Assembly: GCA_041492755.1 (NCBI GenBank)
Contig: JBGPXN010000113.1
Coordinates: 1-13,932, forward strand
Reading direction: 5' to 3'
Length of the DNA stretch: 13,932 nucleotides
Source of the DNA: Candidatus Methylomirabilia bacterium
GTDB taxonomy: Bacteria > Methylomirabilota > Methylomirabilia > Rokubacteriales > CSP1-6
Part shown: in pieces, positions 1-7,868 of the stretch
Position numbering within the stretch: the first letter of the stretch is position 1
Layout of the letters: every line of letters begins with the position of its first letter
The notes under the pieces: generated by a model
Database searches by the model: none
What the model saw: only the letters and a program-made list of their open reading frames with translations
What the model was told of the DNA's origin: nothing
Translations under genes and position numbers: made by a program

Positions 1-602
1 CTGAGGATGTCCGGGAAGCGCGAGTTGCGAAGGAACAGGCGGAACACCTCGTCGTTGAGCACGCCCTCGCGGTAAATGCGCACGGCGGGCACGATGATGC
101 CCTCGTGGAAGATCTCGGTGGCGTCGGGCGAGATGCTGCCCGCGCGCATGCCGCCGATGTCCCAGAAATGACCCCACGTCTGCGAGAAGGCCACGAGGCG
201 GCCGCGGTGGAACACCGGCGCGGCGAAGACCATGTCGGGTGAGTGCGAGACGCCGCCACGCGAGCCGTGGCAGTCGTTGTACCAGTAGAGATCGCCCGGG
301 CGCATCGTGGCGGGCGGGTACTGCGCGAAGATGATCTCGGTGAGGTTGCCGAAGAGCGGGACCATGGTGCCGCACACCACGCGGCCGCGCGCGTCCAGGA
401 TGCCCGCGAAGTAGTCGTTCTTTTCGCGGATGAAGGGCGACATGGCGGTGCGCTCGATGACCGCTTCCATCTCGGCCTGGGCCGCCCGGAGCGCGCCCCT
501 GATGATCTCGCGGGTCACCGGATCGCGGAGGGCGGTGCGCGCGCTAGCGCGCTTGGGGCCGCGGCTGCCGCTTGCTTTACGCGTCGCCATGCCGCGCGTC
601 AT
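1..602 (-). CDS. Hydantoinase B/oxoprolinase family protein (runs off window start)
   Basis: Not in the ORF track. Manual translation: [12 protein letters not shown]...DPVTREIIRGALRAAQAEMEAVIERTAMSPFIREKNDYFAGILD...GDLYWYNDCHGSRGGVSHSPD...HFWDIGGMRAGSISPDATEIFHEG. ATG at 602 overlaps the upstream TGA (ATGA, 599-602); alternative in-frame ATG at 590. Confidence 0.93.
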   Translation of the reverse strand, partial: MTRGMATRKASGSRGPKRASARTALRDPVTREIIRGALRAAQAEMEAVIERTAMSPFIREKNDYFAGILDARGRVVCGTMVPLFGNLTEIIFAQYPPATMRPGDLYWYNDCHGSRGGVSHSPDMVFAAPVFHRGRLVAFSQTWGHFWDIGGMRAGSISPDATEIFHEGIIVPAVRIYREGVLNDEVFRLFLRNSRFPDIL

Positions 603-2785
603 CGGCCCGTCCGGGCGCGTAGGCGTGCCGCTCGCGCGCCCGGCCGGGCTGCCCGTGCGCGTGTCACTGCCGCTTCCCCACGAATGACGAGGTTGCCGAA
701 GCGGTCCACGCTGGCGCGCTGCCCCGGCCGCACCACGGTTGTCGAGTCGAGCTGCTCGACGATCGCCGGCCCGTTGACCACGGCGCCGGCGACGAGCGTC
801 TGGCGATCGAGGCACGGACAATCGGTCCATCCGCGGCCGGCGATGTACACGCGGCGCCGGGAGACGCGCGTTCGTGCACCGTCCTGGGCGCGCGCCGCCC
901 GCTGGCTCGGCAGCGCGAAGCGCCGCACGCGTCCGGACGCCGCCACGCGCAGGGTGACGATCTCGACCGGCGCGTCGCGCAAGGCGTACGTGTAGAGCCG
1001 CTCGTGCCGGACGTGGAACCGTTCGATCAGGGCGTCGACGTCGAGATCACGCTCCAGCCACGGCACCGTGATCTCGAAGCCCTGATGGCGATAGCGCAGG
1101 TCCGCGAGCCGCTGCCGGCGGCGCGCCTCCGCCGGGACCCCCTCGTCGCGCAGCCAGGCCTCGGCCTGTCCCTCGAGCTCGGCATACACGGCGCGCACGG
1201 CCGCCAGATCATAATCCGGCGGCTTCTGCAGACTCGTGCGCGCGTAGTCGTTGCGCACCTCCGTGCCGAGCAGCCCGAACGTCGACAGCACGCCCGGGTG
1301 ACGGGGGACGACGATGGTGCGCATGGCGAGCAGCGCCGCGAGGTCGGCGCCGTGCAACGGGCCCGCGCCGCCGAAGGGCACCAGGGCGAAATCGCGCGGA
1401 TCGTGGCCCCGCTCCACCGAGACCAGGCGGATGGCGCCGACCATGCTGTTGTTGACGATGTCGAGGATCCCGCTGGCCGCTGCCTCCAGGGACAACCCGA
1501 GCGGCCGCGCCACGCGCTCCTCGATCGCGCGCCGCGCCCGCGCGACGTCGAGCGGGATCTCGCCGCCGAGCAGGTGGGCGGGAATGCGACCGAGCACGAG
1601 GTGCGCATCGGTCACGGTCGGCTCCTCGCCGCCCGCGCCGTAGCAGACGGGCCCGGGCACGGCGCCCGCGCTCTCGGGCCCGACCGTGAGCGTGCCGTCG
1701 TCGGTCACGCGCGCGATGGAGCCGCCGCCCGCGCCGATCGTGTGCACGTCGATCATTGGCACCGGCAGGGGCCAGGCGCCGACGTGGCCTTCCGTGGTGA
1801 CCGCCGCGTCGCCGCCCTGGATCAGGCACACGTCGGCGCTGGTGCCGCCCACGTCGACGGAGATCACGTCGGCGAAACCCGCCGCCTCGCCCACCAGACG
1901 CGCGCCGATCACGCCCGCGGCCGGGCCGGAGAGCGCGGTGTGGATCGCCTGCGTGCGGACGACGTCGGCGCCCACCACGCCGCCGTTGGATTTCATGATC
2001 GACAGCGGCGCCGCGATGCCGCGCTCCCGGAGCCGCTCGCCGAGCCGGGCGACGTAGCGCCCGACCACGGGCTGCACGTAGGCATTGAGGACCGTCACCA
2101 TGGAGCGCTCGAACTCCCGGAACACCGGCAGCACCTCGCTCGACAGCGACACCACGCACTCCGGGTGGGCCTCGCACAGCACCTCGCGCGCGCGGCGCTC
2201 GTGGGCGCCATCGGCGTAGCTGTGCAGGAAGCACACGGCCACCGACGCGATGCCTGCCTCTCGCAGCTTCCGCGCGGCTGCGCGCACGGCATTCTCGTCG
2301 AGCGCTTCGATCTCCGCGCCGTCCACGGCGAGACGCCCGGGGATCTCGAAGATCAGCTCGGGCGGCACCGGGCGCGCCGGCTTCTGCCACGCAAACATGT
2401 TGGCGCGCCGCGGAATGTCGTGGCGTCCGATCTCGAGGACGTAGCGGAAGCCGGCCGTGGTGAGGAGGCCGGTGGGCGCGCCTTTCGATTCGAGGATCGC
2501 GTTGGTGGCGGTCGTCGTCGCGTGCAGGACCGAACGCAATGCCGTGTGGCTGATGCCGGCGAGCGCGAGCGCTTTGTCGACGCCGGCGAGAAAGCCGTCG
2601 GAGGGATCGTGCGGCGTCGTCGGCGTCTTCGTGATCCAGAGCCGGCCCGTGGCCGCGTCCCGGAGCGTCACGTCGGTGAACGTGCCCCCCACGTCGAGGG
2701 CAATGGCGTAGTCGCGGACGCGCGTGGGGCGGGGCAGCGGCGTGGAGCGCGCACGCGGGCGGCGCGCGGGCGCGGCGCCCCTCAC
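599..2785 (-). CDS. Hydantoinase A/oxoprolinase family protein (ATP-binding subunit)
   Basis: Motifs [62 protein letters not shown]. Start placed at GTG 2785, overlapping the upstream TGA (GTGA), giving 728 aa. The track ORF 599..3487 is over-extended. Confidence 0.95.
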   Translation of the reverse strand: MRGAAPARRPRARSTPLPRPTRVRDYAIALDVGGTFTDVTLRDAATGRLWITKTPTTPHDPSDGFLAGVDKALALAGISHTALRSVLHATTTATNAILESKGAPTGLLTTAGFRYVLEIGRHDIPRRANMFAWQKPARPVPPELIFEIPGRLAVDGAEIEALDENAVRAAARKLREAGIASVAVCFLHSYADGAHERRAREVLCEAHPECVVSLSSEVLPVFREFERSMVTVLNAYVQPVVGRYVARLGERLRERGIAAPLSIMKSNGGVVGADVVRTQAIHTALSGPAAGVIGARLVGEAAGFADVISVDVGGTSADVCLIQGGDAAVTTEGHVGAWPLPVPMIDVHTIGAGGGSIARVTDDGTLTVGPESAGAVPGPVCYGAGGEEPTVTDAHLVLGRIPAHLLGGEIPLDVARARRAIEERVARPLGLSLEAAASGILDIVNNSMVGAIRLVSVERGHDPRDFALVPFGGAGPLHGADLAALLAMRTIVVPRHPGVLSTFGLLGTEVRNDYARTSLQKPPDYDLAAVRAVYAELEGQAEAWLRDEGVPAEARRRQRLADLRYRHQGFEITVPWLERDLDVDALIERFHVRHERLYTYALRDAPVEIVTLRVAASGRVRRFALPSQRAARAQDGARTRVSRRRVYIAGRGWTDCPCLDRQTLVAGAVVNGPAIVEQLDSTTVVRPGQRASVDRFGNLVIRGEAAVTRARAARPGARAARLRARTGR

Positions 2786-4083
2786 AGCACGCTGCGCGGC
2801 TTGCCGATGGCGCCCTCGGCGAAGCGCGAGAAGCGGAAGCCGGAGACGTCGAGCGACGGCTTGCCGTCCACGATCAGCTCGGACACGAGCCGCCCGGCGA
2901 TCGGCCCCATGGCGAAGCCGTGGCCGCTGAAGCCGGTGGCCAGCACGAAGCCGCGCAGCCCCGGCACCTCGCCGAGGATAGGCACGAGGTCCGGAGTCGC
3001 GTCGATGACGCCCGCCCAGCTCTTCGCGATGCCGAGCGGCGGCAGCGAGGTCAGCGTGCGCTGGAGCTCGGCGAGACTCCTCCGCACCTTGGCCGGATTC
3101 GGCACGGGATCGACGCCGCGATCCCACACGAGCGGCCGGCGGCGCTCCGCCGAGCCCGGCAGCGCGGCGGCGAGACTCCGCACGAGCGGGCGTCCGACGT
3201 GAAAACGGAACAGCGCCTTGTTCCGCCAGTAATTCGGCAGGAAGAATCGCACCTGCCGAAGCGAGTCGAGGGTCACGTCGTGATCGAGCGCGCCGCCGGC
3301 CGCGATATTGAAGCTGCCGTCCTTCCGCTGGCGGAACGCCACGCCCGGGCCCCATACCGCGCACGCCGTGACGGGCGGCGCGGGCGTCGTCCGCGCCACG
3401 GTGCCGCGCACCCAGCGCTGCGGCAGATCGAAGCCGAGCGTGCGCGCGAGGCGCGCGGACCACGCGCCCGCCGCGCACACCACCCACGGCGCCCGGATCT
3501 CGCCGCGCTCGGTGACGACACCGCTGACCGCACCGGCGTGCGTCGCCACGCTCTGCAGCGCGCAGTCCAGGTGGATCACGGCGCCGTGCGCGGAGGCGGC
3601 GCGCGCGAAGGCGTCGGTCGTCTTCTCAGGGTCGGCGTGGCCGTCGCCGGGCGTGTGCATGCCGCCGACCCAGGAGCCGCCGAGTCCTGGCACGACCGCG
3701 GCGAGGTCGCGCGCCCGCAGCAGACGCGTCTCGAGTCCGAATTCCTTGGCCACGGGCAGCCATGACTCGAAGCGCGCCATGCGTGACTCGTCCGCGGCGA
3801 GCGCGAGGTTGCCGCCCTGGACCCACTCGATGTCCGCGCCGAGCTCGCGCTCGAGGCCCTGCCACATGCGGTTGGCTTCCATCACGAGCGGCAGCTCGAG
3901 CGGATCGCGTCCCTGCTGCCGTACGAAGCCCCAGTTCTTCCGGGACTGCTCCCCGTGCACCGCGGCGCGCTCCACCACGAGGACGCGGAGGCCACGGCGC
4001 GCCAGATGGTACGCCGTGGCGCACCCGACGATGCCGGCCCCGACGACGACGACGTCCGCGTCGCGCGCGACGACGGCGGTCAT
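2782..4083 (-). CDS. FAD-dependent oxidoreductase, DadA/glycine oxidase/sarcosine oxidase beta-like
   Basis: Rossmann motif [35 protein letters not shown] and GFSGHGF; 433 aa. Confidence 0.93.
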   Translation of the reverse strand: MTAVVARDADVVVVGAGIVGCATAYHLARRGLRVLVVERAAVHGEQSRKNWGFVRQQGRDPLELPLVMEANRMWQGLERELGADIEWVQGGNLALAADESRMARFESWLPVAKEFGLETRLLRARDLAAVVPGLGGSWVGGMHTPGDGHADPEKTTDAFARAASAHGAVIHLDCALQSVATHAGAVSGVVTERGEIRAPWVVCAAGAWSARLARTLGFDLPQRWVRGTVARTTPAPPVTACAVWGPGVAFRQRKDGSFNIAAGGALDHDVTLDSLRQVRFFLPNYWRNKALFRFHVGRPLVRSLAAALPGSAERRRPLVWDRGVDPVPNPAKVRRSLAELQRTLTSLPPLGIAKSWAGVIDATPDLVPILGEVPGLRGFVLATGFSGHGFAMGPIAGRLVSELIVDGKPSLDVSGFRFSRFAEGAIGKPRSVL

Positions 4084-4121
4084 CGTGGGCGATGGGATCG
4101 GCGAGTGTCGATCACTGGTCG

Positions 4122-4130
4122 AGTCTAGCA
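4122..4130 (-). promoter_or_regulatory. Candidate extended -10 promoter for the oxidoreductase-hydantoinase operon
   Basis: Minus strand reads TGCTAGACT (TGn + TAGACT), about 40 nt upstream of ATG 4083. Confidence 0.4.
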
Positions 4131-4250
4131 GACGGGTCCACCTTCATCGCGCCGCCGCCTTGAGATAAGACCGTCGCCGGCCGGGACTCGAACTGCCCTG
4201 GCCGGAGCGGCCTGGAGGCGGATTTTGCGTGGAGTGCCCCCGAAGGTAGG

Positions 4251-4400
4251 CGCGTCGCCCTCGTCATCGGCAACGCCCGCTACGCCGCCGGCCCACTTCA
4301 CAACCCTCTCAACGACGCGCGCGGGATGGCGCAAACCCTCCGCGACCTGGGCTTCGAGGTGCTCGCCCTCGGTCGTGTAGATTGGGAGGTTGATAATTAG
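4251..4400 (+). pseudogene. Truncated N-terminus of a caspase-family (peptidase C14) protein
   Basis: Translates as RVALVIGNARYAAGPLHNPLNDARGMAQTLRDLGFEV, the typical first strand and helix of bacterial caspase-like domains. No ATG/GTG/TTG back to the in-frame TGA at 4161. Ends at TAG 4398-4400, before the catalytic His/Cys. Confidence 0.85.
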
Positions 4401-4418
4401 TCAAGAGTTGACTATTCT
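4390..4418 (+). promoter_or_regulatory. Sigma70-type promoter of the TA module with a palindromic operator
   Basis: TTGATA (4390-4395), 17 bp spacer, TATTCT (4413-4418). Perfect inverted repeat TAGTCAA-gag-TTGACTA at 4398-4414 in a locally AT-rich patch. Confidence 0.8.
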
Positions 4419-4424
4419 GGCGTT

Positions 4425-4711
4425 GTGGGCGAAGGCCTGCATGTAGATGCTGCGAAAGCGCGGCAGTTGCTACGCGAGATTCTGCGTCTGGGATCCTCAC
4501 GTACTCTGATCATGCCAAGAAGGAGATGGCAAAGGACAAGCTGACGATGCAGGACGTCGTCAATGTCTTGCGAGCTGGAGTGGTTGAACCCTCCGAGTTC
4601 GAACGGGGGTCCTGGCGCCACCGCGCGAAGACCAACAGAATTTGCGTCGTCGTGGTTCTCGTCTCCGAGCGGGAGGCGGTGGTAGTGACGGCGTGGAGGA
4701 CTCGACGTTGA
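4425..4711 (+). pseudogene. DUF4258-like putative toxin with a frameshift near 4484
   Basis: GTG 4425 gives MGEGLHVDAAKARQLLREIL, and that frame stops at TGA 4542-4544. The other frame from 4484 gives ASGILTYSDHAKKEMAKDKLTMQDVVNVLR...VVVTAWRTRR*. Adding one base joins them into a 95-aa protein with the S-x-HA-x3-M and VVTAW motifs. Confidence 0.75.
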
Positions 4712-5229
4712 CTCGGTGCGTCGCGTGCGGCGGACCGACGAAGATGCGGCAGGAGAAACACTATCGCTACACGGAGTGTGGACTACCGAACGTGGTCATC
4801 GAGAATGCCGTAAAGGTGGCGACGTGTGAGCGCTGCGGTGAGGCGTACACGAATATTCCGGCCGTCGAGGGTCTTCATCGGCAGATCGCCGCTGCTGTGA
4901 TCCGGAAGAAGGGACGACTCGCGCCGGCAGAGATCCGATTCCTTCGGAAATGGCTGGGTTGGTCTGGGGTGGATTTTGCCAGGCGCACGGGTACCAGGCC
5001 CGAGACAGTCTCGAGGTGGGAGAACGGCAAAGCGATGATGGGGCCACAGGCGGATCGTCTTTTGCGGGTGCTTGTGGCGCGGGAGACGCCGGTGATGGAG
5101 TACTCCGTCGACGTACTGGCGCAAGTCGCCGCCGACGATGGGCCCACGGCGCCCGTGAAGGTCGAGCTGGAGAAAGGCCCGAAAGGTTGGAAGTTTCGTC
5201 GCGGGCCGTCGTTAGTGACTACGACGTAG
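4708..5229 (+). CDS. MqsA/YgiT-type zinc-ribbon + XRE HTH antitoxin
   Basis: TTG 4708 overlaps the toxin TGA and has GGAGGA 7 nt upstream. CVAC...CERC zinc ribbon and HTH EIRFLRKWLGWSGVDFARRTGTRPETVSRWENGK; 173 aa. Confidence 0.9.
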   Translation: MTRCVACGGPTKMRQEKHYRYTECGLPNVVIENAVKVATCERCGEAYTNIPAVEGLHRQIAAAVIRKKGRLAPAEIRFLRKWLGWSGVDFARRTGTRPETVSRWENGKAMMGPQADRLLRVLVARETPVMEYSVDVLAQVAADDGPTAPVKVELEKGPKGWKFRRGPSLVTTT

Positions 5230-5284
5230 TTAAAGGCGACACGACATCCTCTTGGGAAGTATCACCACGGCGCGCCGAATCGAA

Positions 5285-5661
5285 CTATGCGCCGGGGACC
5301 CAGCCGTACTGCGTGAGGCTCGGCCGCGGGCCTTCTTCGAGATACGCTGCTTTCATCCGCGAGACGAAATCCTTCGGCACGCCGTTCCGCACGGCGCTCG
5401 GATCCACGCCGAAGACGGGGGCCGCGTTCGGACCGAAAATGCGCGCCTTGCGTGCGTCACCACCCGCCGGGAGGCGGCGAGGCGGTTCACGATCTCGCGC
5501 GTCTCGGCCATCTCGTCGGGCGGCAGGATGTTGCTCGGCTCGGTGGACGACGGGATGCCGCTGATGATCGCGACCGTCGTGTCGCTGTCGAGGAAGATCT
5601 CCTTGATGTAGTTCTCGAGGTCTTTGGCGTGGGTGCGCGCGCAGGCTGCGCTGGCCATCAT
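5285..5661 (-). pseudogene. Deleted remnant of an amidohydrolase_2 (TIM-barrel) family gene
   Basis: One frame reads LENYIKEIFLDSDTTVAIISGIP...EMAETREIVNRLAASRRVVTH. At about 5451 a different frame reads KARIFGPNAAPVFGVDP...YLEEGPRPSLTQYGWVPGA* (TAG 5287-5285), a typical amidohydrolase C-terminus (KIFGxNAA). Confidence 0.75.
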
Positions 5662-7475
5662 GCGACGAACGCGGCGTCTTCCTCGATCTGCAACGCGCGA
5701 ATGGTGTCCGTGGTCGGCACGCCGGTCTGCGCGTCCCATCCCTGCTCGACGTAGTAGTCGCTGACGGTCTTCGCCTGTTGCTCGGGGCTGAGCCCGGCGT
5801 GCTTGGGGAGCGGGTCGCTGAAGCGCGGCGGCAGGCGGTCGGTGTCGCGGCCGAAGCCCTCGCGCAGGTTGAAGAGCCGCGCGAGCGTGAGCCCGCGGTG
5901 CGCCGTCGTCACCATTTCCTCGGGCGTGATGTCCCAGCCAGTGACGGCCTTGAGGATGGTGAGCGTTTGATCGTCCTCGTAGGCGAGGAAGTGACAGAGG
6001 CCGACCTGGTTGCGCAAGCCGTTGCGGTTGCCGGTCTGGCGCATGTGATCGCCGCCGGTGGGGGCGAGCATGTACGAGGCGCGCATGATCGGCATATGCC
6101 GGGGATCGTGCATCGCCATCTCGAGGCCCTTCACGGTGGTGAGGAACGCCTCCGACCCGCGGCCGATACGCCGCGCCGCGCGCTGTGAGCCCTCGGCCAG
6201 CAAATCGCCGACGCCGCGCCGGTACGCGATCATCTCCACCAGCTTCACCACGCCGTCGGCGTCGTGGAACCGGAGGGGCACGCCGCCCGTGTCGTCCAGC
6301 GTGAGGATGCCCTTCTCGAAGCATTCCATCGCCCACGCCAGGGTGGCGCCGAGCGAGATCGTGTCCACGCCGAGGTAGTTGCACATCTCGTTGGACTTGC
6401 AGACGGCGATCAGGTCGTCGATTCCGAGATTCACGCCGAGGGAGGCCAGCGATTCGTATTCGGGTCCACCGTAGCGCGGATCGACGCGGTAGCGGCCGAG
6501 CGGATCCACGGCCACGCGCGCGCGTCCCTTGTACACGGTGTCCGTCGCCTCGCGCGCCGCTTCTTCCTTCTGCTCGATGTGCACGACCTTCTTGCAACGG
6601 ACCGAGCACGAGTAGCAGGAGGTCATCTTCACGCGGACGTGATCGCGCACGGCGACGGCGTCGACCTTGTTCACGGTCTCCGACGAGCCCAGACGGTAGT
6701 TGAGGACGGGCATGCCGCCCTCGAGGTTCTTGCCCTGCATGGAGGCGCCGGTGCCGAACTCGTGATAGGAGCGGTGCTTCTCCTGCAAGGTGGAGGATAC
6801 CCACTTCGCGACGCCGAGCAGGCTCGGCTGGTCGGCGATCTTCACCGCGGTGTGCCCGCGCACCGCGATTGCCTTGAGCCGCTTGGAGCCCATCACCGCG
6901 CCCATGCCGGTGCGGCCGGCCACCTCGTTGAGGTCGTTGGCGATGCACGCGTACCGCACGAGGTTTTCGCCGGCCGGCCCGATCTGGGCGACGCGGATGC
7001 GCAGGTCCCCGAGCTCGGCGAGGATCGCTTCTTCCACCTCGCCGGTGACCCGGCCCCAGAGATGCGCGGCGTCGCGGAACTCGACGGCGCCGTCGTTGAT
7101 CCAGAGGTAGACCGGCGTCGGCGCCACGCCGTGGACCACCAGGCCGTCCCAGCCCGCGCGCTTCAGCTCGGCGCCCCAGTAGCCGCCGGACTCGGACTCG
7201 CCGAAGGCGCCGGTCAGCGGCGATTTCGCGCCGACGCTGTGGCGACCGGCGCCGGGCACCGGCGCGCCGGTGACGACCCCGGGCGCGAAGATCAGGACGT
7301 TGTCCGGGCCGAGCGGGTCGGCGCCTGTGGGCACGTGCTTGAGCAGGTAGTGGGCGATGACGCCGCGGCCGCCGGCGTAGCGGCGGAAGAAGACGTCGCC
7401 GGGTTCGTCGACCCACGTGCGCCGGTCGCTCAGGCTGACGTGCAGGATCTTGTTCCAGTAGCCGTACCGTTCCAT
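5658..7475 (-). CDS. Aldehyde:ferredoxin oxidoreductase family (W/Mo-bis-pterin) protein
   Basis: KSPLTG, GGYWGAELKRAGWD, IGPAGENLV, GRTGMGAVMGSKRLKAIAV, CxxCxxxC (CYSCSVRC), GPEYE, DTIS, GGDH, GLC; 605 aa. Confidence 0.95.
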   Translation of the reverse strand: MERYGYWNKILHVSLSDRRTWVDEPGDVFFRRYAGGRGVIAHYLLKHVPTGADPLGPDNVLIFAPGVVTGAPVPGAGRHSVGAKSPLTGAFGESESGGYWGAELKRAGWDGLVVHGVAPTPVYLWINDGAVEFRDAAHLWGRVTGEVEEAILAELGDLRIRVAQIGPAGENLVRYACIANDLNEVAGRTGMGAVMGSKRLKAIAVRGHTAVKIADQPSLLGVAKWVSSTLQEKHRSYHEFGTGASMQGKNLEGGMPVLNYRLGSSETVNKVDAVAVRDHVRVKMTSCYSCSVRCKKVVHIEQKEEAAREATDTVYKGRARVAVDPLGRYRVDPRYGGPEYESLASLGVNLGIDDLIAVCKSNEMCNYLGVDTISLGATLAWAMECFEKGILTLDDTGGVPLRFHDADGVVKLVEMIAYRRGVGDLLAEGSQRAARRIGRGSEAFLTTVKGLEMAMHDPRHMPIMRASYMLAPTGGDHMRQTGNRNGLRNQVGLCHFLAYEDDQTLTILKAVTGWDITPEEMVTTAHRGLTLARLFNLREGFGRDTDRLPPRFSDPLPKHAGLSPEQQAKTVSDYYVEQGWDAQTGVPTTDTIRALQIEEDAAFVA

Positions 7476-7532
7476 GGATTCTCCTCGCGCACTCGCGGCG
7501 CGGACTCGGGGGATGCGCCGGCGCGCGCCGGG

Positions 7533-7811
7533 TCAGCCGCCTTCCATCGGGCTCAGCAGCATGACGTCAGCGCCGTCGGCGAGCGGCGTCTCTCGGCCCG
7601 CGAGCTCGCCATTCAGCGCCACCGTGACGTCCGCGTCGGGCGCGATGCCGATGACGGACAGCAAGTCGGCCATGGTGGCGGGCTCGGGGAGAGTGTACCG
7701 CTGCGGTCCGTCGGCGCCGCGCGGCAGAAAACGGCGGAGATCGGCGAAGAACGTGACGCTGACGGTGATGGTGCGGGCCTCGGCCCGTCGGGCTTCGCGC
7801 AGCTCACTCAT
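7533..7811 (-). CDS. MoaD/ThiS family sulfur-carrier protein
   Basis: Ubiquitin-like pattern VTFFADLRR...LADGADVMLLSPMEGG with C-terminal GG; directly upstream of the AOR gene. Confidence 0.9.
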   Translation of the reverse strand: MSELREARRAEARTITVSVTFFADLRRFLPRGADGPQRYTLPEPATMADLLSVIGIAPDADVTVALNGELAGRETPLADGADVMLLSPMEGG

Positions 7812-7825
7812 GGCGATGCCGGCGA

Positions 7826-7865
7826 AGTATACCTTGCTCGTGGCGGGTGAGCCGTCTATAGACGG
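7826..7865. promoter_or_regulatory. Divergent control region between moaD-aor and the prpD-like gene
   Basis: 57-bp intergenic gap. Minus-strand TATACT (7831-7826) and a perfect 14-bp palindrome CCGTCTATAGACGG (7852-7865) 3 nt before ATG 7869. Confidence 0.45.
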
Positions 7866-7868
7866 GGC

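Noticed and set aside
2786..3487. N-terminal extension making a 962-aa hydantoinase fusion
   Set aside because: It is an alternative frame of the FAD oxidoreductase gene; the GTGA overlap at 2785 gives a better start.
243..4168. Long plus-strand ORFs (243..995, 1004..3202, 2920..3765, 3308..4168)
   Set aside because: Antisense shadows of well-supported minus-strand genes in high-GC DNA; no recognisable motifs.
4476..4495. Programmed ribosomal frameshift in the toxin
   Set aside because: No slippery heptamer or homopolymer run at the shift site; a deletion or sequencing error is simpler.
5218..5230. ACTACG-A-CGTAGT as the TA terminator
   Set aside because: 1-nt loop, overlaps the stop codon and has no U-tract.
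4372..5245. GTCGTGT / ACACGAC inverted pair flanking the TA module as mobile-element ends
   Set aside because: Only 7 bp, with no target-site duplication or transposase; compatible with chance.
5662..7416. 687-aa ORF 5353..7416 as a real overlapping gene
   Set aside because: Arg-rich off-frame reading of AOR; only the part below 5661 is protein-like (amidohydrolase remnant).
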